Sequence record: SRR20825019_1458
DNA length: 27,654 nt
Direction: 5' to 3' (one strand)
In this document: piece by piece, positions 6,724 through 17,030 of the stretch
Numbering within the stretch: position 1 is the stretch's first letter
How the letters are laid out: each line of letters opens with the position of its first letter
Notes under the pieces: generated by a model
What the model saw: only the letters and a program-made list of their open reading frames with translations
What the model was told of the DNA's origin: nothing
The model's database searches: none
Program-made: the position numbers and the translations under genes

Positions 6724-7659
6724 CTAGTTCGCAGCCCGTCTCACAAAATAGAATAAGTTCGGGTTTCTGATCTGCGCCTGCACAGCCCAGAAGCGGTCCG
6801 TTGCTATAACATCAACGCCTGAGGCGTATATGGCCATATACTCGCCATTGTCGCCGCTTATTGCCAATTTATCGTCAAGTGAGAAAGTGCCCGAAATCAC
6901 GCGCCAACCTTTAGCATGAAGCGCTGTGTAAAACGCAGGTTCCTTCAAAGACGTCCCGGTCCAGGCAATAATCTTCAATGGATTTATCCCGCTCTGCACC
7001 AAGGCATCAATGCCGTCCTCATCGTAAACCGATACCGTCAACATCAGCTCGGGCGCTATTTGATGGAATGCTGTCGCCTGCTCCAATGAATAGGTGATTA
7101 TGACCGCATAGTCCTCTGCACCAGTGGCCCTTACAGCGTCAGCCACCTTTTTAAAGTCTGTGCCGCGTTTGATATCAAGCGTCAGGATCGTTTTGCCCCT
7201 CGCCCACTTCAGCGCAGCCTCAAGGGTGGGCACAGTGTAGTCGGTTACCTGCCCTTCATTATCAACCAGCTTTAGACGGGCAATCTCCGCGCTCGTCTTG
7301 TCCTTGATGGCCCCCGTTCCTGTTGTGGTTCGGTCGAGCGTATCATCGTGCATCAAGACAAGGCCGCCGTCTTTCAACTCAGCAACATCAACCTCCATAA
7401 GGCCGAAGCCGTACCGAAGTGCGTTGTCCATGGTCTCTATAGCATTTTCAGGATATCCCGGCACCGGGCCAGCACGGTGGTGGCTGATGAGGGGAATTCT
7501 GTTTGGGGTATATCGGAAAAAGGCTTCAGCCCCACCTTTGGGCAGCTCGATATAATATCGGGCGTCAGATTCTGCGGGTTCAGGTATCGGCTCAGCCCAA
7601 ACAGTCATCGCCAGAATACAGGCAGATAACAACCAAACAGATAAGTGTCGCATCTTCAT
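6724..7659 (-). CDS. Glycerophosphodiester phosphodiesterase (GDPD) family, exported
   Basis: Signal peptide; HHRAG, PENAI, EVDV, LMHDDTLDRTT, LDIK and GVDVIATD motifs. Confidence 0.9.
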   Translation of the reverse strand: MKMRHLSVWLLSACILAMTVWAEPIPEPAESDARYYIELPKGGAEAFFRYTPNRIPLISHHRAGPVPGYPENAIETMDNALRYGFGLMEVDVAELKDGGLVLMHDDTLDRTTTGTGAIKDKTSAEIARLKLVDNEGQVTDYTVPTLEAALKWARGKTILTLDIKRGTDFKKVADAVRATGAEDYAVIITYSLEQATAFHQIAPELMLTVSVYDEDGIDALVQSGINPLKIIAWTGTSLKEPAFYTALHAKGWRVISGTFSLDDKLAISGDNGEYMAIYASGVDVIATDRFWAVQAQIRNPNLFYFVRRAAN

Positions 7660-7756
7660 TTTAAGCTAGCCCCTTCCCCGGCAGGATCGATCTTGACGTC
7701 TGATCTTTAAGGCATGATGCTGATGGTGAATTCAACTCTTTTCGCGGAAAAAACAT

Positions 7757-8572
7757 ATGTCTGACCAATATACCCTTCAGGACCTGCTCTCGATAATGTC
7801 TCGCCTCAGAGACAAGGAAAGCGGCTGTCCGTGGGATGTTGAGCAGGATTTCAAAAGCATCGCTCCCTATACTATTGAAGAAGCTTATGAAGTGGATGAG
7901 GCCATCCGTGCGAACGACATGGCGTCGCTCAAGGACGAGCTCGGGGACCTGTTGTTTCAGGTGGTTTTTCATGCGCAGATGGCGAAAGAGATGGGCGAGT
8001 TCACCTTTGAAGACGTGGTTCAGAATGTGAGTGAAAAGATGGTGCGGCGCCATCCTCATGTTTTTGGTGACGCCTCGATTGAAGATGCCGATGCCCAGAC
8101 AAGTGCGTGGGAGGCCCAAAAAGCTAAGGAGCGAGCCGAGAAAGCAGAGAGCGAAGGGCGCGTGCCTTCTGTGCTGGATGGCTTGACTGTCGGGCTCCCT
8201 GCCCTGTTGCGGGCCCTTAAGCTGCAGAACCGCGCAGCGCGTGTAGGGTTTGATTGGCCAGACACCATTCAGGTTCTGGATAAAATGCAGGAAGAGGCCA
8301 CGGAGCTTGTTGAAGCGCATAAGAACGGTGAACCTCATGAGCGTATCAAAGAAGAATTTGGCGACCTTTTGTTTGTTATGGCCAACTTGGCGCGTCACAT
8401 GAAAATCGAACCTGAGGAAGCTCTCAGAGGTGCAAACGCCAAATTTGTCAGGCGTTTTCAGCGCATCGAAGCCCTACTCGCAGAACAAGGCCGTGAACCC
8501 GCACAATCGAACCTCGAAGAGATGGACGCGCTTTGGGATCAAGCAAAATCTGAGGAAAAAGCGGCCGAATAA
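7757..8572 (+). CDS. mazG: Nucleoside triphosphate pyrophosphohydrolase MazG
   Basis: GCPWDxEQ, EEAYEV, ELGDLLFQVVFH, RRHPHVF, GFDW and EEFGDLLF motifs. Confidence 0.97.
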   Translation: MSDQYTLQDLLSIMSRLRDKESGCPWDVEQDFKSIAPYTIEEAYEVDEAIRANDMASLKDELGDLLFQVVFHAQMAKEMGEFTFEDVVQNVSEKMVRRHPHVFGDASIEDADAQTSAWEAQKAKERAEKAESEGRVPSVLDGLTVGLPALLRALKLQNRAARVGFDWPDTIQVLDKMQEEATELVEAHKNGEPHERIKEEFGDLLFVMANLARHMKIEPEEALRGANAKFVRRFQRIEALLAEQGREPAQSNLEEMDALWDQAKSEEKAAE

Positions 8573-8590
8573 GCCTCCTTATCAACCGAC

Positions 8591-9961
8591 CTAATGACGC
8601 CTGGAAAACTTGGCCCATGCAACAGGGTCAACATTCACTTCAAAGGTTACACCGCCTTCTCCGTGCTCCTCGCGAATAATACTGGAGTTTGCATGCAACC
8701 AGGCTTGAGTAGCCCCGTCGCTGTAGGGAACGGTCAGCTCCATATGGAGGTCGGTCGTGCCAAGCAGGTCGTCAATTGTGGCTATCAAGCGGTCACAGCC
8801 CTCGCCCGTCAGCCCCGATAGTGCCGCCATATATTTGACCCGGTCATCTTTGGTGGCGAGAGCCGCTTGTTCTTCGTCACTCATCAAATCTACTTTGTTA
8901 AGCGCTTCAATGGTTGGCGTGCCTTCACCTTCTTCGGTAATTTCAACACCGAGATCTGCGAGCACATCCTCGACATCCACTTTCTGGATTTCACTATCGG
9001 GGTGTGATGCGTCGCGGACATGCACAATGATATCCGCTTCACACACTTCCTCAAGAGTCGCACGAAAGGCTGCAACAAGCGTGGTTGGAAGCTCGGAGAT
9101 AAAACCAACGGTATCGGAAAGGATGATGCGTTTCCCGCTAGGCATCTCAAGCGCGCGCATGGTGGGATCTAGGGTGGCAAAAAGCATGTCTTCCGCCAGC
9201 ACTTCCGCTTTGGTCAGGCGGTTGAATAGCGTGGATTTCCCGGCGTTTGTATAACCCACAAGCGCAACAACCGGATACGGTGCTTTCTGGCGGCGTGCGC
9301 GGTGAAGCGTGCGCGTGCGCGTTACCTGCTCAAGCTGCCGTTTAATACGGGTGATGCGATCAGCAATGATGCGCCTATCAGCCTCAATCTGGGTTTCACC
9401 TGGCCCACCCATGAAACCTGAGCCGCCCCGCTGGCGTTCAAGGTGGGTCCATGACCGCACCAGCCTGCTTCGCTGGTACTCAAGGTGCGCGAGCTCTACT
9501 TGAAGCTCACCTTCCTTAGTACTGGCACGGGCGCCGAATATCTCGAGAATCAGGGCGGTTCTGTCAATCACCTTGCACTTGGTGCCGCGCTCCAAATTGC
9601 GCTGCTGACCTGGCGAAAGCTCACAGTCAAAAATGAGAAGATCAATCTCTTCCGCTTCAACCATTTCCTTGAGCTCATCAACCTTGCCTACACCAATCAG
9701 CGTTGCTGGCCGCCGTTCACGAAGTGCTGTAACTTCGCCCCCGATAAGCTCGACATCAATAGCCAGAGCAAGCCCCATGGCTTCATCAAGCCGGGCTTCC
9801 GGTGAACGTTTCAGATGAGTGATTTCGCGTCGGTCACGGATATAGGGGTGCACAACATACACCCTTTGCTTGGCGCCTTCATCTTGCAGGTAGCCAAGGC
9901 CCTCCGTCGACCAGCCGCCGCCCGGCTGTTTCGCCGAACGGTCATCAGTTTTATTTGCCAA
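8591..9961 (-). CDS. hflX: GTPase HflX
   Basis: RSWTHLERQRGG, GPGETQIEADRR, GYTNAGKS, LFATLDPT and DTVGF motifs; TTG start directly after the hfq stop. Confidence 0.97.
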   Translation of the reverse strand: MANKTDDRSAKQPGGGWSTEGLGYLQDEGAKQRVYVVHPYIRDRREITHLKRSPEARLDEAMGLALAIDVELIGGEVTALRERRPATLIGVGKVDELKEMVEAEEIDLLIFDCELSPGQQRNLERGTKCKVIDRTALILEIFGARASTKEGELQVELAHLEYQRSRLVRSWTHLERQRGGSGFMGGPGETQIEADRRIIADRITRIKRQLEQVTRTRTLHRARRQKAPYPVVALVGYTNAGKSTLFNRLTKAEVLAEDMLFATLDPTMRALEMPSGKRIILSDTVGFISELPTTLVAAFRATLEEVCEADIIVHVRDASHPDSEIQKVDVEDVLADLGVEITEEGEGTPTIEALNKVDLMSDEEQAALATKDDRVKYMAALSGLTGEGCDRLIATIDDLLGTTDLHMELTVPYSDGATQAWLHANSSIIREEHGEGGVTFEVNVDPVAWAKFSRRH

Positions 9962-10207
9962 TTAACCCTCTAGGTCTTTTTCCGGCTCGAACAATTGTAC
10001 GGGGCCAGACGGCATCACGGTAGAGATCGCATGCTTGTATACAAGCTGGGAGTGCCCATCACGGCGCAACAACACACAAAAGTTGTCGAACCAAGTTATA
10101 ACTCCCTGCAGTTTAACACCATTGACTAAAAACACCGTCACCGGTGTTTTGGATTTGCGAACGGCATTGAGAAAGACGTCCTGGAGGTTCTGATTTTTTT
10201 CTGACAT
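9962..10207 (-). CDS. hfq: RNA chaperone Hfq
   Basis: NLQDVFLN...[10 protein letters not shown]...[13 protein letters not shown]. Confidence 0.99.
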   Translation of the reverse strand: MSEKNQNLQDVFLNAVRKSKTPVTVFLVNGVKLQGVITWFDNFCVLLRRDGHSQLVYKHAISTVMPSGPVQLFEPEKDLEG

Positions 10208-10332
10208 GGACTGTCCGTATGTTTATTTGTTTATGTTTGTATCAGCCTTAAGAGCGATAGCGCGCATCCCCTGTTATCGTGAGCTAGTAAGGCCATAGTA
10301 ACTCCCCGTCACCGGAGATTGCGTGCGGGTAC

Positions 10333-10363
10333 ATATATGTCAGAGGTCTAGGCTTTCGGTCAA
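10333..10363 (-). promoter_or_regulatory. Putative sigma70 promoter of hfq
   Basis: Minus strand TTGACC (10363-10358), 18-nt spacer, then CATATA. Confidence 0.5.
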
Positions 10364-10378
10364 CAGGGTTTAGGATAA

Positions 10379-11821
10379 TTATCCACGCCATAAGGACTTT
10401 GCGAAAAGAGCAAGGAAGAGTGAGGCTTCAACGCGGCCTACGAGCATAAGGATGGAAAGCACAATATAGTCTTTGTCGTGCATGCCGCCATAGCCCGGAA
10501 AATAAGGGTCTATCGCGAATGCAATCGGACCTGAAAGCGCCAGTGATGACAGTGCCAAGGCGATTGCTTCCTGAAATTGTATTCCAAAAATGGCAAGTGT
10601 TAAAACTCCCACCACAAAGACGAAAACAAAGCCACCCAGAACCAGCCAAACCGCTTCAACATCCCTCGCCTGTACCGCTTGTCCCTCATAACGCAAGGCA
10701 CGTACCCCGTGCGGCAGAGCAAGACGCTCGACCTCAGCCTTGCCAAGCATCGCCAGAATAACACCGCGCAGCATCTTAATGCCGCCTGATGTGCCTGCGA
10801 CCGAGCCGCCCAAGCATACAAGCGCCATAAGGACCAAGGCGCTAGCCAGCGGCAACTCCGTTGAGAAATGACTATCGCCGGAGGCAAAGCCCGACGTTGT
10901 GATTGCCGAGGCTGCCGCAAAAATACTGCCCCACAGCGCATCAAGCCACCCTTCGTCCGATAGCAGGAATAAAACGAATGCTGCCGCGACCAGAGCAAGC
11001 ACGAACGCACGAGTTTCAAGACCAAATTGAAAGTTGAAGCGCAACTGCTTGAGCCGGGCATAATGCATATCCCAACTGAGGGCCGCACATATGGTGAAAA
11101 CCACCACAATGAGTTGGGGCCAAAACCCCACGACGACATGACCACCGTTCGGTGTTATTCCAGTGGTACTCACGCTCGCCATCGATAGCATGACTGCATC
11201 GTCAAATGGCATACCACCCAACATGAAAAGCAGACAGCAAATAGCTGTAAACAGGGTGTAGACCGGCCAAAGCGTAATCGCCGTTGCTCTCAGCCGTGGA
11301 TATCCTTTTTCGCTATCACCAAAGGGCAAGGCCGATTTGTGGAGTTGAATACCGCCACTGTTCAGCGCCGTAAGCAGGGAAAGCGAGACACACACAGCCA
11401 TAAAGCCACCAAACCATGCCGCAATCGAGCGCCATAGCTGAACGGACCGCATCTCGGACATCGTATCATCATAAGCGGTGGAACCCGTGGTCGTGATCAG
11501 CGACATGCCCTCGTAGAACGCTGTCACAAGCCCTGCGTCAGGCATCAGAAAGAAGAATGGCAACCCAGCCGCAAAGGCAAGCGCTGCCCCCCCAACCAAC
11601 GGCAAAAGGATGGTAAGCTTGCGCACGCGAACCCGTTCTGACGAACGGAAGCCCATATAGAGTGAGCCACCCACAAGGAGCCCAACTGAGATGGACGCAA
11701 AGAAGCTACTGGCGGCAACGCCTTCCTCTAATGCAAGAGCTGTGAAAAACGGCACAAGCTGAAGCAAGGTCAGGATAACGATCCAACAACCAACGAGGAA
11801 AAAGAGGCGGCTCGTCCACAT
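10379..11821 (-). CDS. trkH: Trk potassium uptake membrane subunit (divergent)
   Basis: Pore loops TTTG, STTG, TTSG and ALSGP; GTSGGIK; MLVGRVE; follows trkA. Confidence 0.88.
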   Translation of the reverse strand: MWTSRLFFLVGCWIVILTLLQLVPFFTALALEEGVAASSFFASISVGLLVGGSLYMGFRSSERVRVRKLTILLPLVGGAALAFAAGLPFFFLMPDAGLVTAFYEGMSLITTTGSTAYDDTMSEMRSVQLWRSIAAWFGGFMAVCVSLSLLTALNSGGIQLHKSALPFGDSEKGYPRLRATAITLWPVYTLFTAICCLLFMLGGMPFDDAVMLSMASVSTTGITPNGGHVVVGFWPQLIVVVFTICAALSWDMHYARLKQLRFNFQFGLETRAFVLALVAAAFVLFLLSDEGWLDALWGSIFAAASAITTSGFASGDSHFSTELPLASALVLMALVCLGGSVAGTSGGIKMLRGVILAMLGKAEVERLALPHGVRALRYEGQAVQARDVEAVWLVLGGFVFVFVVGVLTLAIFGIQFQEAIALALSSLALSGPIAFAIDPYFPGYGGMHDKDYIVLSILMLVGRVEASLFLALFAKSLWRG

Positions 11822-11830
11822 GATAAGCGA

Positions 11831-13204
11831 TCAGAAGATATCCGCTCGCGCGGAGAATAGCTGTTCAATCTTTTTCACTGCTTCTGAGAGCGCAAGGATG
11901 ACAACCCGGTCTCCGCCTTGCAGAACAGTATCTGCATGTGGCACCAGCGCCTCCTCATCGCGCACAATCATGCCGAACTTCACATCCCCATGAAGCCTGA
12001 GCGCGCCAATCGCCTTGCCCGCCACTAGCGAGCCCTCGATAACCTCTGCCTCGATAATCTCGGCCTTCCCCTCAAAGATGCTGTAGAGATCACGGATACG
12101 CCCACGCCTGATGTGCCGCACAATGCTTGAAACTGTGGTTTCCCGCGGATCGAGCGCAACATCGATACCAAGGGAGCCCACGAGGCTGCCATAAATCGGG
12201 TTGTTCATCAGCGTGATGGCCCTTGGACAACCTTGCTGTTTTGCGAGAAGCGATGACAAGATGTTGACCTCGTCATCGTTTGCGACCGACACAATGGTGT
12301 CAGCCTGCGAGATGTTCGCTTCCTGCAGAATTTCACGATCAAGCGCATCACCGTTGATAACCACAGTGTGCTTAAGTTTTTCAGCGATCAACGCAGCGCG
12401 CTCTTTATCAAATTCGATGATTTTGACATTGGTACGCGCGTTTTGCTCAAGAAGTGTTGCGAGGAACAACCCAATGTTCCCGCCACCAACAATCACGAGC
12501 CGCTGTGCTGCTTTTTCCTCATGGCCAAAAACAGCCATGGCGCGTTCTGTGGTGGTTGCATCAACTGCTATATAGATGGCGTCCCCGGCCTGAAGCTGAT
12601 CGTCGCTACGCGGCACGAATATCTTGTTACTCCGCACTACCGACACCACAGTGGTCTGCAAATTCGGGAAGAGCTCGGTCAACTGCCTGAGCGGCGTATC
12701 AACTACCGGGCAGTTTTCATCAAGCACAAGCCCGATAAGCCGTACCTTGCCGTCTACAAATGGCACCATATTGAAGGCACCCGGCACCTGCAGGCGGCGG
12801 TGCAATGCCTGCGCAACCTCAAGCTCAGGAGAAATAATGACATCGATCGCCATATTTTCCCGCGAGAACAAATCCCCCCACATGGGTTTCAAGTAAGTCT
12901 GGTTTCTGATCCGCGCCACCTTTGTGGGTACGCTGAAAAGCGAATGGGCGACCTGACAGGCCACCATATTCACTTCATCAGACCATGTAACGGCGATCAA
13001 AAGTTCAGCGTCGGCAGCACCGGCTTTCTCAAGCATGGACGGGTCTGACGCGTGCCCAACCAGCGCCTGAATATCAAGCGATTCACTGATTTTCCGGATC
13101 AGTTCGGGTGACCGGTCAATAACCGTCACGTCATTATGCTGGTCTGCAAGGTGCTTCGCTATATTGAAGCCCACCTGCCCTGCACCACAAACAATAACCT
13201 TCAT
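11831..13204 (-). CDS. trkA: Trk potassium uptake NAD-binding subunit
   Basis: Two RCK modules (GAGQVG, GGGNIG); 457 aa. Confidence 0.97.
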   Translation of the reverse strand: MKVIVCGAGQVGFNIAKHLADQHNDVTVIDRSPELIRKISESLDIQALVGHASDPSMLEKAGAADAELLIAVTWSDEVNMVACQVAHSLFSVPTKVARIRNQTYLKPMWGDLFSRENMAIDVIISPELEVAQALHRRLQVPGAFNMVPFVDGKVRLIGLVLDENCPVVDTPLRQLTELFPNLQTTVVSVVRSNKIFVPRSDDQLQAGDAIYIAVDATTTERAMAVFGHEEKAAQRLVIVGGGNIGLFLATLLEQNARTNVKIIEFDKERAALIAEKLKHTVVINGDALDREILQEANISQADTIVSVANDDEVNILSSLLAKQQGCPRAITLMNNPIYGSLVGSLGIDVALDPRETTVSSIVRHIRRGRIRDLYSIFEGKAEIIEAEVIEGSLVAGKAIGALRLHGDVKFGMIVRDEEALVPHADTVLQGGDRVVILALSEAVKKIEQLFSARADIF

Positions 13205-13245
13205 TGTATCAAATCGACTTTCCTGAAAATTCTATTGCTGCGGCC

Positions 13246-14637
13246 CTATTCGACCTCTTCGCTCCGCGAAACACCTGTCAGTCCGAGCGACTTTAACTTC
13301 CGGTGTAACGCAGACCGTTCCATACCAATAAATGCAGCGGTACGCGAGATGTTCCCGCTAAACCGGTTTATTTGCACCTTCAAATACTCGCGTTCAAAGG
13401 CTTCTCTCGCCTCGCGGAGGGGCGTGGTCATAATGGCGCTGTTGCCCCCTGAGTGCAACAGGTCGCTAGAGCCAGAGCGTATCTCTTGCGGCAGCTGGTC
13501 TGCGCCGATCTCGCTATCAAACTCGTCCGAGCCCATGATCACAAGGCGCTCCATTATGTTTTTCAACTGCCGAACGTTACCCGGCCAATCATAAGACTGC
13601 AGCGCCGCAATTGCATCATCCGCGAGTCTTGCCTTTGGCCGTCCAGTGGCCTCAGCCAACGCGTCGAGGAAATTTTGGGCCAGCATGGGGATATCCTCCC
13701 GCCGCTCAGACAAGGATGCCATCTTCAGCGGGACCACATTCAGGCGGTGATATAAATCCTCACGAAAACGACCTTCTCGTATCTCGTTCAGCAGATCCTT
13801 GCTGGTAGCGGAAATCACCCGCACATCAACTTTAACGCCGGTATTGCCGCCAACACGTTCAAATGCCTGATCGGTCAACACCCGCAAAATCTTTGCCTGC
13901 GTCGGTAGCGGCATGTCACCCACTTCATCGATAAAGAGCGTGCCGCCGTGTGCGCGTTCAAACAGGCCGGTTTTTACCACCCCACCGTTTTGCTCAACAC
14001 CAAAGAGCTCCTGCTCCATGCGGTGTGGCTCCATTGACGCCGCACTGATCACAACAAATGAACTGCCGGAACGGTGTGAACGGCTATGTATCTGCCGTGC
14101 CGCCACTTCTTTGCCTGACCCTGAAGGGCCGTTGATCAATACCCGGCTGTTAGTTGCAGCAACTTTTTCGATATTCTGCCGCACGGTGTTAATTGCATGG
14201 CTTCGACCGGTAATATCGACAGAGAAAGCTGAACGTTTCTTCAACTCTTCATTCTCACGTTTCAGGCGATCAGCTTCCGTCGCGCGCTGAATGGTCAGCA
14301 GCAGATGATCAGCCTCAAACGGCTTCTCAATGAAGTCGTAGGCACCCTTTTTGATGGCTGCGACAGCCGTTTCAATGTTGCCATGCCCACTGATAACAAC
14401 GATTGGCAGGTCCCGATGGCGCGACTTCACGAGCTCAAGTATCTCCAACCCGTCAAGTTTGCTGCCCTGCAGCCAGATATCCAGGACCATGAGGGACGGC
14501 AACCGCGCTTCAATCTCTGCTAGCCCGCTGTCGCTATCATGCGCGGTACGAGTGCTGTAGCCCTCATCTTCCAGAATACCCGATACAAGCTCACGGATAT
14601 CTTCTTCGTCATCGATTATCAGTATATCAAGCGCCAT
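13246..14637 (-). CDS. ntrX: Response regulator NtrX
   Basis: REC (LDIWL, ISGHG), AAA+ without GAFTGA, HTH ending GMERSALHRKLK; downstream of ntrY. Confidence 0.96.
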   Translation of the reverse strand: MALDILIIDDEEDIRELVSGILEDEGYSTRTAHDSDSGLAEIEARLPSLMVLDIWLQGSKLDGLEILELVKSRHRDLPIVVISGHGNIETAVAAIKKGAYDFIEKPFEADHLLLTIQRATEADRLKRENEELKKRSAFSVDITGRSHAINTVRQNIEKVAATNSRVLINGPSGSGKEVAARQIHSRSHRSGSSFVVISAASMEPHRMEQELFGVEQNGGVVKTGLFERAHGGTLFIDEVGDMPLPTQAKILRVLTDQAFERVGGNTGVKVDVRVISATSKDLLNEIREGRFREDLYHRLNVVPLKMASLSERREDIPMLAQNFLDALAEATGRPKARLADDAIAALQSYDWPGNVRQLKNIMERLVIMGSDEFDSEIGADQLPQEIRSGSSDLLHSGGNSAIMTTPLREAREAFEREYLKVQINRFSGNISRTAAFIGMERSALHRKLKSLGLTGVSRSEEVE

Positions 14638-14658
14638 AACTGGCTCACTCCCTAGTCG

Positions 14659-17022
14659 TTATTCGGCGGCTGCTGTGCCACTTTTCTCGGAATTACTATT
14701 TGAAATATCAGCCTCGGCATTCGCGACCTTCTTCTCAAGCGCGCGGTGTGAGAACACAAGCACCGCTCTCGCGCCCAGCGGCGTGCGGTCTGCGATACGC
14801 GCCGTTCCGCCGTGCTCCTCCATGATGCGCCGTACGATGGCAAGGCCCAACCCCGTTCCCTTCGCCCGTGTCGTAACATACGGCTCCATGAGGCGGTCTT
14901 TCTGTTCTTGCGGAAGCCCCAACCCGTTGTCATCCACCCGTATCTCGGTGCGGTCCTTGTCCTGCACCAGCTCTACTTTAATAAGGCCGGGTTCAATGGT
15001 GTCTGTTCCGTCCGCCATGTCACGCTCGGTCCGCGCAGTCACAGACTCGACGGCGTTTTTGAGGATATTGGTCAAGGCTTGCCCAACAAGACGGCCATCG
15101 CACTTGAGAGCGCGGGTTTCAACCGGATAACGGGTTGAAAACTGTATGCGGCTCGCCGCAACGTCCTGCAGGAAAACCGATTGTTTCACCACATCAGCGA
15201 TATCTGTTTCCTTGAGGATAGGAGCTGGCATCCGCGCGAACGACGAGAACTCGTCCACCATGCGCCTGAGATCCCCCACCTGCCGAATAATGGTGTCAGT
15301 ACATTGACTAAATACTTTAGTATCGCTGGCTATCTCTTTGAGGTATTTACGCTTAAGCCTCTCCGCTGATAGCTGAATTGGCGTGAGTGGGTTTTTGATC
15401 TCATGTGCAATACGGCGGGCAACATCCGCCCAGGCGGCAGTGCGTTGGTCAGCGAGCTGTTCGGTCAGATCATCAAACGTCACGACGTATCCGCCAATGG
15501 CGCCAGAAGCATCTTCGCCACGCTCAACAAAAACACGTACCAGAAGTGTTCTTGTTTCACCGTTCACCTCAATGACAACTTGGCTCTTCACCTCACCCGC
15601 AACCGACTGCTCACTCTGGCGCAACAGGCCTTCGAACTCGGGGATCACTTCGTGCAGGCGGTGACCAATCATGTCTTCATAGGCGATGCCAAGCTGGCTC
15701 GCCGCTGCGCGGTTTGGCAGAAAGATCGTACCGTCCTGCTGGAGCCCGATTACCCCTGCAGATACGCCCTCCAATACCTCCTCAAGGAAGCGCCTGCGCT
15801 CATCCAGCTCACGGTTGGCTTCAATCAAAGCATCCTGATGCCGCGCGATCTGGTCAGTCATCCGGTTAAATGCACGGCTGAGTGTGCCCACTTCATCGCT
15901 TGTAGGCGGGCTAGGTACACGAACGGCAAGATCACCCTGCCCCACACGCTCCGCCGCATCCACCAGATTGGACAGGGGCGTTACAAGGCGCGCGGAAAAC
16001 CACAAACCGATCCAGATAGCGGCCAGCAGGATAAGCAGCGCTACGATAATGAAAACGACATTGAACTGAAGCTGGATATTGCTGCGTTGTCCTTCAAGGC
16101 TCTCATAATCTGCTACCGCGCTTCGGGTAGCTTGTAGATACCCAAGCACTTGCGGGTTAAGGTCCCGGGCAACATAGAGGTACGTCGGGCGCAAGAAGCC
16201 ACTAAGGCGGATCATGCCAACAACGGTATTGTCTGCTGTGTTTGACGCCACAAAAGTACCGTCCTGCCGGACGCGGTCGAGCATGTTTTTCTGCAGGCGG
16301 GATGTTGTAAGCTCAAGCCCTTGGTTCGCGCGTGCAACTACTGCGCCTTCCGTGTCCAAGTCCTGCATCTCAATCAGCAAAACCTCAGACAGCAGACGCG
16401 TATTAAGCGCGCTGTAGGCTACTTGCTGGAGTGTCAGGCTATCTGTCTGCTGTAAGGGGCTTAGGCGGTTGAAGGCTAATGCAATCGCCTGCATGTCCTT
16501 CTCGATCGAGGCACGGTGCTCGATTATATAAGTCTCTGCAACCTCAAGTGAATTATTGAGGGCCGACCGTACTTTTTCGCTAAACCATGATTGGATACCA
16601 AACTCAAGAAAGAGAGCGGAGAATACTGTCATGATAATCGGTGGCACGATAGCAATCGCGATAAAGAAGCCGGTGACCTTGTTCTGAAGCCTCGAGCCCG
16701 CCGCCATGCCCTTACGCGATAGCCATATCCGCACAAACCAGCGACCAATGGCTACGCCGAGAGCGAGCAAAAGTGCGAGATTAATTGCAAGAAGCGCACG
16801 CATGGTGCGACCTGAAGCAAGCTCGAATGGCCCTGACTTGCGCGACATCACAATATAGGTAGCGATAGCCGAGATCACGGCGAGAACAGAGAGTACAATC
16901 TCTATTCGGCCTGCGAGCTTCAAGCGCCTTGACCAGAGCATAAAACGGGCCCAACGCCGATTTGGAAGCTTAGGTGGACCCGGGTTTAACTCAGGCTTTT
17001 GCAAAGGGTTAATCTTCGACAT
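14659..17022 (-). CDS. ntrY: Sensor histidine kinase NtrY
   Basis: TM-periplasmic-HAMP-PAS-HisKA ([23 protein letters not shown])-HATPase. Confidence 0.96.
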   Translation of the reverse strand: MSKINPLQKPELNPGPPKLPNRRWARFMLWSRRLKLAGRIEIVLSVLAVISAIATYIVMSRKSGPFELASGRTMRALLAINLALLLALGVAIGRWFVRIWLSRKGMAAGSRLQNKVTGFFIAIAIVPPIIMTVFSALFLEFGIQSWFSEKVRSALNNSLEVAETYIIEHRASIEKDMQAIALAFNRLSPLQQTDSLTLQQVAYSALNTRLLSEVLLIEMQDLDTEGAVVARANQGLELTTSRLQKNMLDRVRQDGTFVASNTADNTVVGMIRLSGFLRPTYLYVARDLNPQVLGYLQATRSAVADYESLEGQRSNIQLQFNVVFIIVALLILLAAIWIGLWFSARLVTPLSNLVDAAERVGQGDLAVRVPSPPTSDEVGTLSRAFNRMTDQIARHQDALIEANRELDERRRFLEEVLEGVSAGVIGLQQDGTIFLPNRAAASQLGIAYEDMIGHRLHEVIPEFEGLLRQSEQSVAGEVKSQVVIEVNGETRTLLVRVFVERGEDASGAIGGYVVTFDDLTEQLADQRTAAWADVARRIAHEIKNPLTPIQLSAERLKRKYLKEIASDTKVFSQCTDTIIRQVGDLRRMVDEFSSFARMPAPILKETDIADVVKQSVFLQDVAASRIQFSTRYPVETRALKCDGRLVGQALTNILKNAVESVTARTERDMADGTDTIEPGLIKVELVQDKDRTEIRVDDNGLGLPQEQKDRLMEPYVTTRAKGTGLGLAIVRRIMEEHGGTARIADRTPLGARAVLVFSHRALEKKVANAEADISNSNSEKSGTAAAE

Positions 17023-17030
17023 GCGGCCTA

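Noticed and set aside
7661-8398. 245-aa minus-strand ORF
   Set aside because: Antisense to mazG, with no recognisable motifs.
12201-16417. Long plus-strand ORFs opposite trkA, ntrX and ntrY (e.g. 12368-13048, 15403-16137)
   Set aside because: Typical antisense shadows from codon bias; implausible protein composition.
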